A DNA stretch of 49,480 nt from Candidatus Nanohaloarchaea archaeon. GTDB lineage: Archaea; Nanohalarchaeota; Nanosalinia; Nanosalinales; Nanosalinaceae. The notes below the pieces were generated by a model that had not been told where the DNA came from, did not search any database, and was given only the letters and a program-made list of their open reading frames with translations. The position numbers and the translations under genes were made by a program. The stretch spans positions 1-49,480 of the forward strand of contig JBEQBC010000004.1 in the NCBI GenBank assembly GCA_041640035.1, read 5' to 3'. Of this stretch, positions 9,346 through 17,822 are shown one piece after another (the stretch's first letter is position 1; every line of letters starts with the position of its first letter).

Positions 9346-9902
9346 TTCTGATCACCTATACTATCTCCGGCCTTGATGACATCTTTCTTGGTAAGTTCGG
9401 CGAATTCTTCCAGTTCGTGCTTTTCGACGAGAGCTTTTCCTATCAGGTAGTTGAGCTGCCAGGAGAACTCGGTTCTGACCTCGAAGACTTCTTCTGAAAG
9501 CACTTCCTTCTTGTCGTCCCATTCGGCTTCTGCGGATTTGGTTTCCTCGGGTTCACGGCTGTAACCGGCTTCCTCCAGGAACATCAGTCCGAGGGATGAG
9601 GCAAGTACTTCCTCCCAGAAGAACGATGGTTCGTGTTTCTCGTAGAACCATGATTTGGCGTAGTAGTTCTGGACTACTTTACGCAGTTCTTCCTGCCATT
9701 CATCGACGCTGGGGTTGAAGTATATCTGGAGGTTGAATGCTTCTGCCAGTCCTCTGGCACCTCTTTCGCCGGGATATGAGCCTATGTTTACTTCGAAATC
9801 TTCCTCTCTTTCTAGTATGTATTTGCAGTTATCCAGAGTGTTTTCTACTGTTTCACGAGCTTCACGGAACTCATGCTCCTCTGGTTTTACATCATAATTC
9901 AT
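9342..9902 (-). CDS. Degenerate paralog of the DUF2268-like Zn protease (no HExxH)
   Basis: Aligns by eye end to end with the upstream gene (YLIGK.L.E.H.L..F..L.K.DVIKAG); HEYAH is replaced by NYYAK. Confidence 0.8.
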   Translation of the reverse strand: MNYDVKPEEHEFREARETVENTLDNCKYILEREEDFEVNIGSYPGERGARGLAEAFNLQIYFNPSVDEWQEELRKVVQNYYAKSWFYEKHEPSFFWEEVLASSLGLMFLEEAGYSREPEETKSAEAEWDDKKEVLSEEVFEVRTEFSWQLNYLIGKALVEKHELEEFAELTKKDVIKAGDSIGDQN

Positions 9903-9913
9903 GGATATATCCT

Positions 9914-10567
9914 CTATGTGAACAACTGGTTACCAGCTTTTATGACATCACTCTTCTCCAGTCCGGGGAAATCCTTGAGCCCATGCTCTTCCAGAAGTTT
10001 CTTACCAATCAGGTAGCTCATCGAATATCCAAGCCAGTTAGGATAACCTTCATCACTTCTGTCAATATAGAGGGAGTAAGGCCATGGAATATTTTCGAAC
10101 TTTCTCTCAAGCTCCTCATCACGGATTTCCGGCCAGTACTCGGCGATCTCTTCCTTGCTGTGTTCCTCACGGTGATCGGGTGTGTGGTCGAATATTTTCT
10201 CTGCAAAGTTCTGTGTCAGTGCCTCATCTATCACATACTGCCATACCACATCATTCCGGCCCTCTGAATCGTATCTTTTCTCATAATGCCAGGTGTGCGC
10301 ATACTCATGGACTGCTGTGGATTTGATCGCGTCCTTCCATTTCTCAGCCTGAGTGTTGAACATTATCTCGAAGAAATGTGCTGAGTGAGCTCTACCGGAT
10401 GTCCCGTCCATCCTCTCTATGACGAACTGTTGCTCTGTCCAGCTAAGTGAGACGGTGTATTCGTCTTCTCTCGGCAGTTCTTTTTCTGCTTTTTCAAGTG
10501 CTTCCGATACCAGTTCTCTGGCGGCTTCCAGTTCTTTCTGATCTGGCTTGATATCGGATTTGATTAT
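9914..10567 (-). CDS. Predicted Zn-dependent metalloprotease (DUF2268-like)
   Basis: HEYAH, downstream DEAL..NFA, PNWLGYSMSYLIG. Start uncertain: ATA 10567 or ATC 10564 versus ATG 10600. Confidence 0.8.
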   Translation of the reverse strand: MIKSDIKPDQKELEAARELVSEALEKAEKELPREDEYTVSLSWTEQQFVIERMDGTSGRAHSAHFFEIMFNTQAEKWKDAIKSTAVHEYAHTWHYEKRYDSEGRNDVVWQYVIDEALTQNFAEKIFDHTPDHREEHSKEEIAEYWPEIRDEELERKFENIPWPYSLYIDRSDEGYPNWLGYSMSYLIGKKLLEEHGLKDFPGLEKSDVIKAGNQLFT

Positions 10568-11130
10568 TCTTCCACCTTTTCCTTCCATTTGATGCTGCAT
10601 CCGACGCTCGAAGGCTGCTCTGTCGGTGGCTCTTTCCTTTTCAGCATTTTCTGAACTGCTTCCTTCATGTACCGTTCGTCCGGTTCTCCTTCTGCGCCTT
10701 CCTTGTCGTTCAGTTTTCCATGGTAGAATAGTTTATGTCTGTAGTCCAGCAGGAACGGGTCTGGAGTACATTTAGCGCCATAACTCTTCGATACTTCCTG
10801 TTCCCGGTCTGCCAGGTAGTAGAAGTTGGATTTATCCAGTTCTTTACCCTCAATAAAGTCACTCATCTTCTCGAATGTATCCATAGGATGTGTCTCTACA
10901 TTCGCGTTTACACCTACGATAGCCAGTGATGGGAACTCTTCCGCCAGTTCCTTGATTTCCTCTGCCTGTGCCTGGACATAAGGGCAGTGGTTGCACATGA
11001 AAACTACAAGTACGCCGTCAAAGTTCTCCAAGTCGCTTAAAGCCACTTTCTCTCCATTATAGTTTTCCAGTTCAAATTCCGGTGCGTCATCACCGATCTC
11101 CAGTTCGCTACTTGATTCTGTCCTACTCAT
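10564..11130 (-). CDS. Thioredoxin-fold redoxin (AhpC/TSA family)
   Basis: IGDDAPEFEL, CNHCPYV, YGAKCTPD, GCSIKWK. Confidence 0.92.
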   Translation of the reverse strand: MSRTESSSELEIGDDAPEFELENYNGEKVALSDLENFDGVLVVFMCNHCPYVQAQAEEIKELAEEFPSLAIVGVNANVETHPMDTFEKMSDFIEGKELDKSNFYYLADREQEVSKSYGAKCTPDPFLLDYRHKLFYHGKLNDKEGAEGEPDERYMKEAVQKMLKRKEPPTEQPSSVGCSIKWKEKVEE

Positions 11131-11190
11131 AATATAATAATGCGTTGCGGGATGAATGCTTTTGATATTTCACATTTCCCCAGGGTTACC

Positions 11191-11670
11191 TTAAACCAGG
11201 ATCAAGGCCACTGAACCGCCTATAACCGCGCCAGCCACGATATCCGACAGATAATGCTGACCAAGATAAACGCGTGAGAAAGCTACCAATGCTGCTATGG
11301 GAATCGGTAGAAGACCTAGGTTTCCGAATCCTGTCAGAACGCCTGCTGTCGCGAAAGCGTTCGTAGCGTGTCCTGAAGGGAAGGACAGGTCCTGCATGAT
11401 GTAAACATCTTCATCCCTGTCGTCAGGTCTTTCACGGCTAACCAGAATCTTGATGATCTCAGTTATCGTAAGAGATACTGCCACGACTATGAATAACTGT
11501 TTCAGGATCGCTGTGTGCCCTGTGTAGAAAAGGGTGAAAGCCAGCAGAAAGCTGAAATGCAGTGATCCCAGAGCGGTGTAGGCGTGGAAAAAGCTGTGTA
11601 GAAGGTTGTATTCGAAGTCATGCATTTTTTCAGAGATATTTCTGTCGATTTCAGTTAGTCTGTCAAGCAT
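11191..11670 (-). CDS. PAP2-family membrane phosphatase
   Basis: K....R.RP, SFPSGH, SRVYLGQHYLSD. Confidence 0.93.
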   Translation of the reverse strand: MLDRLTEIDRNISEKMHDFEYNLLHSFFHAYTALGSLHFSFLLAFTLFYTGHTAILKQLFIVVAVSLTITEIIKILVSRERPDDRDEDVYIMQDLSFPSGHATNAFATAGVLTGFGNLGLLPIPIAALVAFSRVYLGQHYLSDIVAGAVIGGSVALILV

Positions 11671-11673
11671 AGA

Positions 11674-12381
11674 CTATTCTTCCTCGTCTTTCCTGTTTTC
11701 AAGCCATTCTATCAAGGTTTTACGGTTCTTGCCGTCTTTCTCCGCTTCGATAATGTCTTCAACCTTCAGGTCTCTCGCCTTAACATCGTCCTTGATCTCG
11801 GCGATTGTCTGGTCAAGAAGAGTGTCAAGATCAACTTTTTCACCTGTGTCAAGCCGGGCTCCGCAGCTTGAACAGTAGTCGCTGTCTGATGAAACTTTAT
11901 CTCCGCAGTTCGGGCATTCGACTTTATCATTTACTACCTCTACTTCCTGAGGCTCGTTCTTCTCCCGGTTCTTAACCTTTGAGATCTCGGATTTCATCTC
12001 ACCAGGTTTCTTGACTCCTCCGAACCGGATATTCTCTCCCGAAGCGGTTTTCACATGGACATCTCCGATCTTGAGAAGCCTCTGGTTCAAGCTTTGATCT
12101 ATTGAGACATCTGATATCAGGTCGGTTGTGGCTTCCTGGCTGTCTCTTTTCAGGAAACGGAACTCTCTGATAACCCGGTCGGTGGTGACAAAGTACCGGT
12201 TTCCTCTTCTATGCAGTTCTGATACCGCTAGAATTGCTAGTCCTGATGCGATTATGGACAGGTTGAGTGTGGCAAATGTGATGAATAAGCCTATCAGGTA
12301 GATTGGAAAGTAGCTCCACATGCTGGGATGCGCTGACTTCACAAGTTCCTCGTCTTCCTGAAGGTTTTGCTCCGGTTCCAT
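11674..12381 (-). CDS. Membrane-anchored bPH-domain protein with zinc ribbon and C-terminal small helical domain
   Basis: Two TMs, Y.VT.DRVI...IGDV.V.TAS (bPH_2-like), CPNCG...CSSCG, C-terminal EAEKDGKNRKTLIEWL. Confidence 0.8.
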   Translation of the reverse strand: MEPEQNLQEDEELVKSAHPSMWSYFPIYLIGLFITFATLNLSIIASGLAILAVSELHRRGNRYFVTTDRVIREFRFLKRDSQEATTDLISDVSIDQSLNQRLLKIGDVHVKTASGENIRFGGVKKPGEMKSEISKVKNREKNEPQEVEVVNDKVECPNCGDKVSSDSDYCSSCGARLDTGEKVDLDTLLDQTIAEIKDDVKARDLKVEDIIEAEKDGKNRKTLIEWLENRKDEEE

Positions 12382-12433
12382 ATACTTTTACGCGGATATT
12401 CCATGTTTATAATTTTCTTCACGGATACAGGCC

Positions 12434-12446
12434 GGAAAGTTAAAAA
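12434..12446 (+). promoter_or_regulatory. BRE/TATA promoter of fba-fbp
   Basis: GGAAAG-TTAAAAA ending about 24 nt upstream of ATG 12471. Confidence 0.5.
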
Positions 12447-12470
12447 CAGTCAAAAGTAATACTTCGTAAT

Positions 12471-13286
12471 ATGAAAAAGGATATCCTGAAGAACTCCGCA
12501 CTTACACGAGACGGAAACTCACTAATCGTAGCATACGACCACGGACTAGAACACGGACCTGTAGACTTCGAACCACAGCCAGAAAGCGCCGACCCCAGAC
12601 ATGTATTCGAAGTCGGAAGACACGACGCAGTAACAGCCGTAGCAGTCCAGAAAGGAGTAGCAGAAACATACTACCCAGAATACGAGGAAGAAGTAAACCT
12701 ACTAGTCAAACTAAACGGAACATCCAACCTATGGGATCCACAAGACCACTTCTCACCACTCAACTGCTCAGTACAGTACGCAGTCGAAGAACTAGGAGCT
12801 GATGCAGTAGGATACACCATGTACGCAGGAAGCGACTACGAAGCCGACATGGCAGAAGAATTCAGAAGATTACAGGAAGAAGCACACCGATACGGCGTAC
12901 CAGTAGTCATGTGGGCCTACCCAAGAGGACACGGAATCGAAGGAAACGCAGACTACGGCGGCGACACCGACCCAGAAGTAATAAGCTACGCAGCACGAAT
13001 CGGCCTAGAACTCGGAGCAGACATGGTCAAATGCAAGTACCCCGGAACACAGAACGGCTGGGAAGAAGTAACCTATGTCTCAGGAGAAATGAAAACCGTG
13101 ATGAGCGGAGGAAGCAAAACAAGCGACAGAGACTTCCTCAACGATGTACATGATATAATCCAGGCAGGAGGAAACGGACTAGCAGTAGGAAGAAATATCT
13201 TCCAGAGAGAAAACCCGGAAGAACTGCTCAACAAACTTGAACAAGTAATATTCGAAGGAAAAGATGTAGAAGAAGCACTTCAGTGA
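12471..13286 (+). CDS. fba: Class I fructose-bisphosphate aldolase (DhnA family)
   Basis: AYDHGLEHGP, VKLNG, WAYPRG, ELGADMVK, SGG, GLAVGRNIFQ. Confidence 0.95.
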   Translation: MKKDILKNSALTRDGNSLIVAYDHGLEHGPVDFEPQPESADPRHVFEVGRHDAVTAVAVQKGVAETYYPEYEEEVNLLVKLNGTSNLWDPQDHFSPLNCSVQYAVEELGADAVGYTMYAGSDYEADMAEEFRRLQEEAHRYGVPVVMWAYPRGHGIEGNADYGGDTDPEVISYAARIGLELGADMVKCKYPGTQNGWEEVTYVSGEMKTVMSGGSKTSDRDFLNDVHDIIQAGGNGLAVGRNIFQRENPEELLNKLEQVIFEGKDVEEALQ

Positions 13287-13293
13287 TCCAGCA

Positions 13294-14148
13294 GTGGACA
13301 AAGAACAGGTAGTAGACCAAGTAATACAGCAAGTAGCAGAGGCCGCACCACATATCTCATCCGGCCTCACACACCGCAGAGAATATGTAGGCGAAGAAAA
13401 CCCGTCCGATGAACGGATGATGGAAGCCGATGTATGGGCCAACGAACTTTTGAAAGAGGAACTGACCTCGATCGAGGGAGTAGGAGAATACGCTTCAGAA
13501 GAGGAGCATGAGATAACTGACTGTGGTGAGGGTCTTTCTGTAGCTATAGATCCTCTTGATGGCTCATCAAACATTCCAACCAACAACTTGATAGGGACTA
13601 TAGTCGGCATCTACGATGAAGAACTTCCATGCAAAGGCAAAAACCTGATATCAGCATTCTATATTCTGTACGGACCTCTCACAACTTTGACTGTAGCGAG
13701 AAACGGTCAGGTAGATGAATATGTGGTAGAAGAGAAGAAAGGCGACCAGGTCGAGCTCTACAAAGCCTCAGAGGATATAGAGATATCAAGGAAGAAGATC
13801 TACGGTTTTGGAGGTAACAAGGACTGGTTCGACAACTTCAGAGAACTGGAGAACAGTCTCTCAAAGGAATATAAACTCCGCTACGGAGGCTCACTAGTCG
13901 GAGACTTCAACCAGACACTTCACCACGGCGGGGTATTCGGATATCCAGCCAAAGAAGGCTACAAAAACGGAAAGTACCGTATCCTCTTCGAGGGAAACCC
14001 TATATCCTACATTGTCGAAACGGCTGAAGGAGCTTCAAGCAATGGAGAATCATCAATCCTCGATGTAGCAGTTGATGAGATCCATCAGCGCACACCGTTC
14101 TTCGTTGGTCATCCTGAACTAGTTGAAGAAGTGGAGAGAAGTATATAG
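13294..14148 (+). CDS. fbp: Class I fructose-1,6-bisphosphatase
   Basis: ASEE, IDPLDGSSNI, LRYGGSLVGD, GKYRILFEGNP, HQRTP; GTG start. Confidence 0.95.
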   Translation: MDKEQVVDQVIQQVAEAAPHISSGLTHRREYVGEENPSDERMMEADVWANELLKEELTSIEGVGEYASEEEHEITDCGEGLSVAIDPLDGSSNIPTNNLIGTIVGIYDEELPCKGKNLISAFYILYGPLTTLTVARNGQVDEYVVEEKKGDQVELYKASEDIEISRKKIYGFGGNKDWFDNFRELENSLSKEYKLRYGGSLVGDFNQTLHHGGVFGYPAKEGYKNGKYRILFEGNPISYIVETAEGASSNGESSILDVAVDEIHQRTPFFVGHPELVEEVERSI

Positions 14149-14291
14149 AAACTCAAATATCTTTGTAGTTCTTTAATTCTATTTAACAGTTTCTTAATAG
14201 ATTTTGAGATTTTTCTTTACATCTTGGAATTTCTTCTGTAAGCCCAAAGCCGTCAATAGCCAGAAAATTTTTAAAAAAGTTTCCAGCAATA

Positions 14292-14837
14292 TTGACTGTG
14301 GCTTCAACAACTCCGCCTTCGGATGACAACACTGAACAGTCTCTAGAACCAGATCAGGGATTTGAAAAAGTTAGAAACGCACTTGATGAATCTCAAGACG
14401 GTAAAATAGGTTTCTGGCAGGTTCAAGATGCATATGATACTATAATAGCTATCTATCCGGATGAAAAACATGCTGGAGTGCCTGAAGCAGAAGTAGAATC
14501 TTCGGACGAACTTCTGCCGTCTAGAGAGGCCTACGAAGATTCTGATAACGACTCTGTTTCGGCGATAAATGAGTATGCTGAAGGTGAGGCTCTGGTTGTA
14601 GCCTTTGATTTAGATGTAGAAGATACCTATGGACTAGGTGTGCCGACTCACAAGGAAATGGAGGAAGAAGGTCTCTCTGGAGAGGGTAACTGGTGGGATA
14701 ATCCTGAGGAGCTAGAAGCAGATGTACTTCTTGACAGGAACTCGTTTTACGGATCAGTTGATGTTCATACAAGGCCAGAGGTATTTGACCTTAGATATGA
14801 CGGTGGGTCAGCTCAGGCTTACCTGCTTGAGAACTAG
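14292..14837 (+). CDS. Acidic hypothetical protein
   Basis: 181-aa ORF with halophile-like composition; no recognisable motif; start (TTG/GTG) uncertain. Confidence 0.65.
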   Translation: MTVASTTPPSDDNTEQSLEPDQGFEKVRNALDESQDGKIGFWQVQDAYDTIIAIYPDEKHAGVPEAEVESSDELLPSREAYEDSDNDSVSAINEYAEGEALVVAFDLDVEDTYGLGVPTHKEMEEEGLSGEGNWWDNPEELEADVLLDRNSFYGSVDVHTRPEVFDLRYDGGSAQAYLLEN

Positions 14838-17116
14838 AAGTAATCCATGATGTTCTCGCGGTCAAAGATGTTTTCCTGACCGACCTGTTTCTTCAATTTC
14901 CGACCAGTTTTCTCACCAATCAGTTTCTTCAGTTTCTCGAAATCAGTATCGCGGATATCATCGGCATCCCTGATTCCATAATCGTACAGTTTTCGGGCTC
15001 TGACCCTACCGATCTGATCGTATTGGACGAGTGAAAGAAGTTCTTCACGGATACCATGCTTGAGCCGTACCCTTAACTTCTCGATATCTTCCGTTTCCAG
15101 GTCTTGCATTCTTGCGAGTTCTTTGGAGGCGTACAGCAGCCAGTCGGCGTTACTGACTTTCGATCTGATCCCTCCCGGTGCCGTGTTAAATCGATCCACG
15201 ATCTCCTGCTCATCGCTCTCATCTACCCAGGCATTCAACATCATAGCGGTCTTCATGACTTCGAGGAACATCTCGTACTCAACATCCCATTCGTTCGGAA
15301 CTTTCTCTAAAATGTACTCTTCCGCGTCATCCAATGCTTTCGCGTAATCCTGCTCCTCTTTCTGGTTCACATTCAGCCTTGGCTGCAGCTCGCTGGTATG
15401 GCACAGCATGAAAAGGTATGAGATTGGCTTCGTATCTTTCTCCTCAGCTTTCTCCAGTGATTCCAGTATAAGGTTCGCGGAATCCGGATCTATATACAGT
15501 TCAGAGACTCTCCTGCCTAGAGGTGTGGCCTCGAACTTCTCCTCTTTCAGGAATTCGTATTCTCGGAGCTGGCCGACCACCTTGTTGATCTTCTCCTCTA
15601 CAGAGCCTATATCGCTGTACTGATGTGCGTAGAATGTCTTGCTGTAGAAGTCATGCAGTTCTTTTTCTGTGTTGCAGAAGTTGGATGCGATCAAAGCCAG
15701 TGTATGCATGCGGAGAACAGGTTCGACAGCTAGCTTCGACTGGATTCGCTCCGGTTCACCTGCTATATACCGGTCGACTATCTCTGTAGTCATACCTGGG
15801 TTTTTCGCTATTGATATTGCTTCTCCTTTATCATCGTATTTTGGTCTCCCGGCCCGTCCGGTCATCTGCTCATACTCCAGAACCGGGATGAACTCCATAC
15901 CGTTCCCAGTGTACCTCTTCAGATCTCGGATAATCACTCTGAAAGCCGGCAGGTTGACTCCGGCAGCTAGCGTCGGCGTTGCGCAGACCGACTTGATGTA
16001 CCCTTCCCGGAATGCCTCTTCAACTACCTGTCTCTGACGGTTGACCAGTCCGGCGTGGTGGAAGGCTGAGCCTTTCCGTACATTTTCCGCCAGTCTCTTA
16101 CATTGATTGGTTGGAGATCCGAGTACATTTTCAATTATCTCTGCGTACTCGTCCAGCTTGCTTTTCTCCTCGCGGGTAAGCTCCTCCTCAGTGACTTTGC
16201 CTACGCGGTCCGAGCTCTTCTCGGCACCTTTTCTGGAGGAACAGAAAACGATCCCCTGCTTATCCTTGTCCAGGGTATCTTTCAGGATGTTCTGGGTTTT
16301 ACTGGAGTACTCATCTGTTATCTCTTCGGTTCTGACAGGCGAATAGGATTTCTCCTCTTCCTCGCCTATCTCTGATCCTCGCTGGAAAGCTGAATTGATA
16401 TCGTCAGCTTCATCCTTCTCCACAGAGATCTTTCCGTCCTTTTCTTCTTTATCTGAGTCTTCTTCGAAGAATTCTAGTTCTCTTCCCTCGTAGACGGCTT
16501 CCTCCAGCTCTACCGGCCGATAATCGCTTTCCACTAGTTCTGCGTTCAGCCATTCTGCCATCTCGTTGGAGTTGCTTATTGTGGCGCTGAGCCCCAGCAT
16601 CTGGAATTCTAGTAGTTCTCTTAGTCTTGTTATGGTGACTTCAAGTGTTGGTCCTCTGCTCTGTGAGGTCAGTAGATGTATCTCGTCGATCACTACCAGT
16701 CCGATATCATGTATCCAGGAGGGGTTGTGTCGCAGCATTGAGTCCAGTTTTTCAGAAGTGGTTACGACTATATCTGCTGTATCAAGGTACTCTCCTTCAT
16801 CATCCATGTCGCCTACTGAGATCTTGACTTCTTGATCGCTGTATCTCTCTTTGAAGTCCTCATATTTCTCTGAAGCTAAGGCTTTCAGAGGTACGATGTA
16901 TACTGCGGTTTTATCTTGCTTGATAACCTGCTCTACCATCGCAAGCTCGGCGATAAAGGTCTTACCTGAGGCTGTTGGCGCAGCTACTATCATGTCCTGG
17001 TTTTCGAGAAGCCCTGCTTCTACAGCTTTTTCCTGTGGTGGATTAAGCTCGGTTATCCCTGTTTCAAGGTAGTCTTCCTTGATATGAGAAGGTAGTTCCA
17101 GTTTTTGTACTTTCAC
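14834..17116 (-). CDS. hel308: Ski2-like DNA helicase Hel308/Hjm
   Basis: LNPPQ, APTASGKT, DEIH, LSAT, FHHAGL, TPTLAAGVNLPA, QMTGRAGRP, C-terminal HhH IGRVRARKLY. Confidence 0.95.
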   Translation of the reverse strand: MKVQKLELPSHIKEDYLETGITELNPPQEKAVEAGLLENQDMIVAAPTASGKTFIAELAMVEQVIKQDKTAVYIVPLKALASEKYEDFKERYSDQEVKISVGDMDDEGEYLDTADIVVTTSEKLDSMLRHNPSWIHDIGLVVIDEIHLLTSQSRGPTLEVTITRLRELLEFQMLGLSATISNSNEMAEWLNAELVESDYRPVELEEAVYEGRELEFFEEDSDKEEKDGKISVEKDEADDINSAFQRGSEIGEEEEKSYSPVRTEEITDEYSSKTQNILKDTLDKDKQGIVFCSSRKGAEKSSDRVGKVTEEELTREEKSKLDEYAEIIENVLGSPTNQCKRLAENVRKGSAFHHAGLVNRQRQVVEEAFREGYIKSVCATPTLAAGVNLPAFRVIIRDLKRYTGNGMEFIPVLEYEQMTGRAGRPKYDDKGEAISIAKNPGMTTEIVDRYIAGEPERIQSKLAVEPVLRMHTLALIASNFCNTEKELHDFYSKTFYAHQYSDIGSVEEKINKVVGQLREYEFLKEEKFEATPLGRRVSELYIDPDSANLILESLEKAEEKDTKPISYLFMLCHTSELQPRLNVNQKEEQDYAKALDDAEEYILEKVPNEWDVEYEMFLEVMKTAMMLNAWVDESDEQEIVDRFNTAPGGIRSKVSNADWLLYASKELARMQDLETEDIEKLRVRLKHGIREELLSLVQYDQIGRVRARKLYDYGIRDADDIRDTDFEKLKKLIGEKTGRKLKKQVGQENIFDRENIMDYF

Positions 17117-17158
17117 ATTCTAATGTTCGCAGTGAATTCTTATGAGAAAACCGGTTGT

Positions 17159-17710
17159 TTATTCTGTTAGGTCGACTGTGTTTTCCACTGAACTGTTTAC
17201 GGCTTCTGTGAGTTTTTCGTCCATCTCTTCTTCTACACCTATCAGCACCGATTTTAGAGGCCAGCCGCTCATCTTGTTGCTTAGTTTCTGAAGGAATTCT
17301 ATTATCAGGTCTTCATCGTTGTAGATTGAAAGTGTGGAGATGGTGTCGAAGATTATCATCGCGTCTCTGTCTTCTGGCTTGGCTTCTACTGCATCGTCCA
17401 GCTGCATGTTCACCTGGTTGATATCTTCAGGATCGAAGAAAACGGTGTTTTTGACATTTTCAGGTGCCTCTCCCGAAACCTTTGTTGCCATATCGAAGAA
17501 CAGTACTTTTTCAGTATCTATGTCTCGTTCCTCTAACATGCTCTTGACTTTCTTGCTTGTCTTTATGCTTCCGATATATACTACCAGGTTTCCGTCATTT
17601 GTTACTTTCTCTATTGTTTCGTTTACGAAGTTTCTCAGGTCCGGCGAGTTTATTGATACATAAACCGGTTCCTGATTCTCCAGATCTGCCACTTCTTCAG
17701 GGTAATCCAT
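17159..17710 (-). CDS. Inactivated KaiC/RecA-fold domain protein
   Basis: VVYI, LFFD, IIFDTISTLSIYN...EFL match the RecA/KaiC core, but there is no Walker A. Confidence 0.72.
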   Translation of the reverse strand: MDYPEEVADLENQEPVYVSINSPDLRNFVNETIEKVTNDGNLVVYIGSIKTSKKVKSMLEERDIDTEKVLFFDMATKVSGEAPENVKNTVFFDPEDINQVNMQLDDAVEAKPEDRDAMIIFDTISTLSIYNDEDLIIEFLQKLSNKMSGWPLKSVLIGVEEEMDEKLTEAVNSSVENTVDLTE

Positions 17711-17822
17711 AAATCGACTCTGGAAATAACTGCTTTTTTCCTGTTATTAAATTTTCCGGAATCAAGCTGTTTGAAACCGGTTTAAGAAAACTTTAAGTTT
17801 GAAACAGAGACAGTTAGTTTAC

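Noticed and set aside
14149-14291. AT-rich intergenic region as a replication origin
   Set aside because: No ORB-like repeats or adjacent orc1/cdc6; compatible with a terminator plus promoter.
17774-17783. ACCGGT-centred palindromes as a regulon motif
   Set aside because: ACCGGT also occurs often inside coding regions; enrichment cannot be established without counting.
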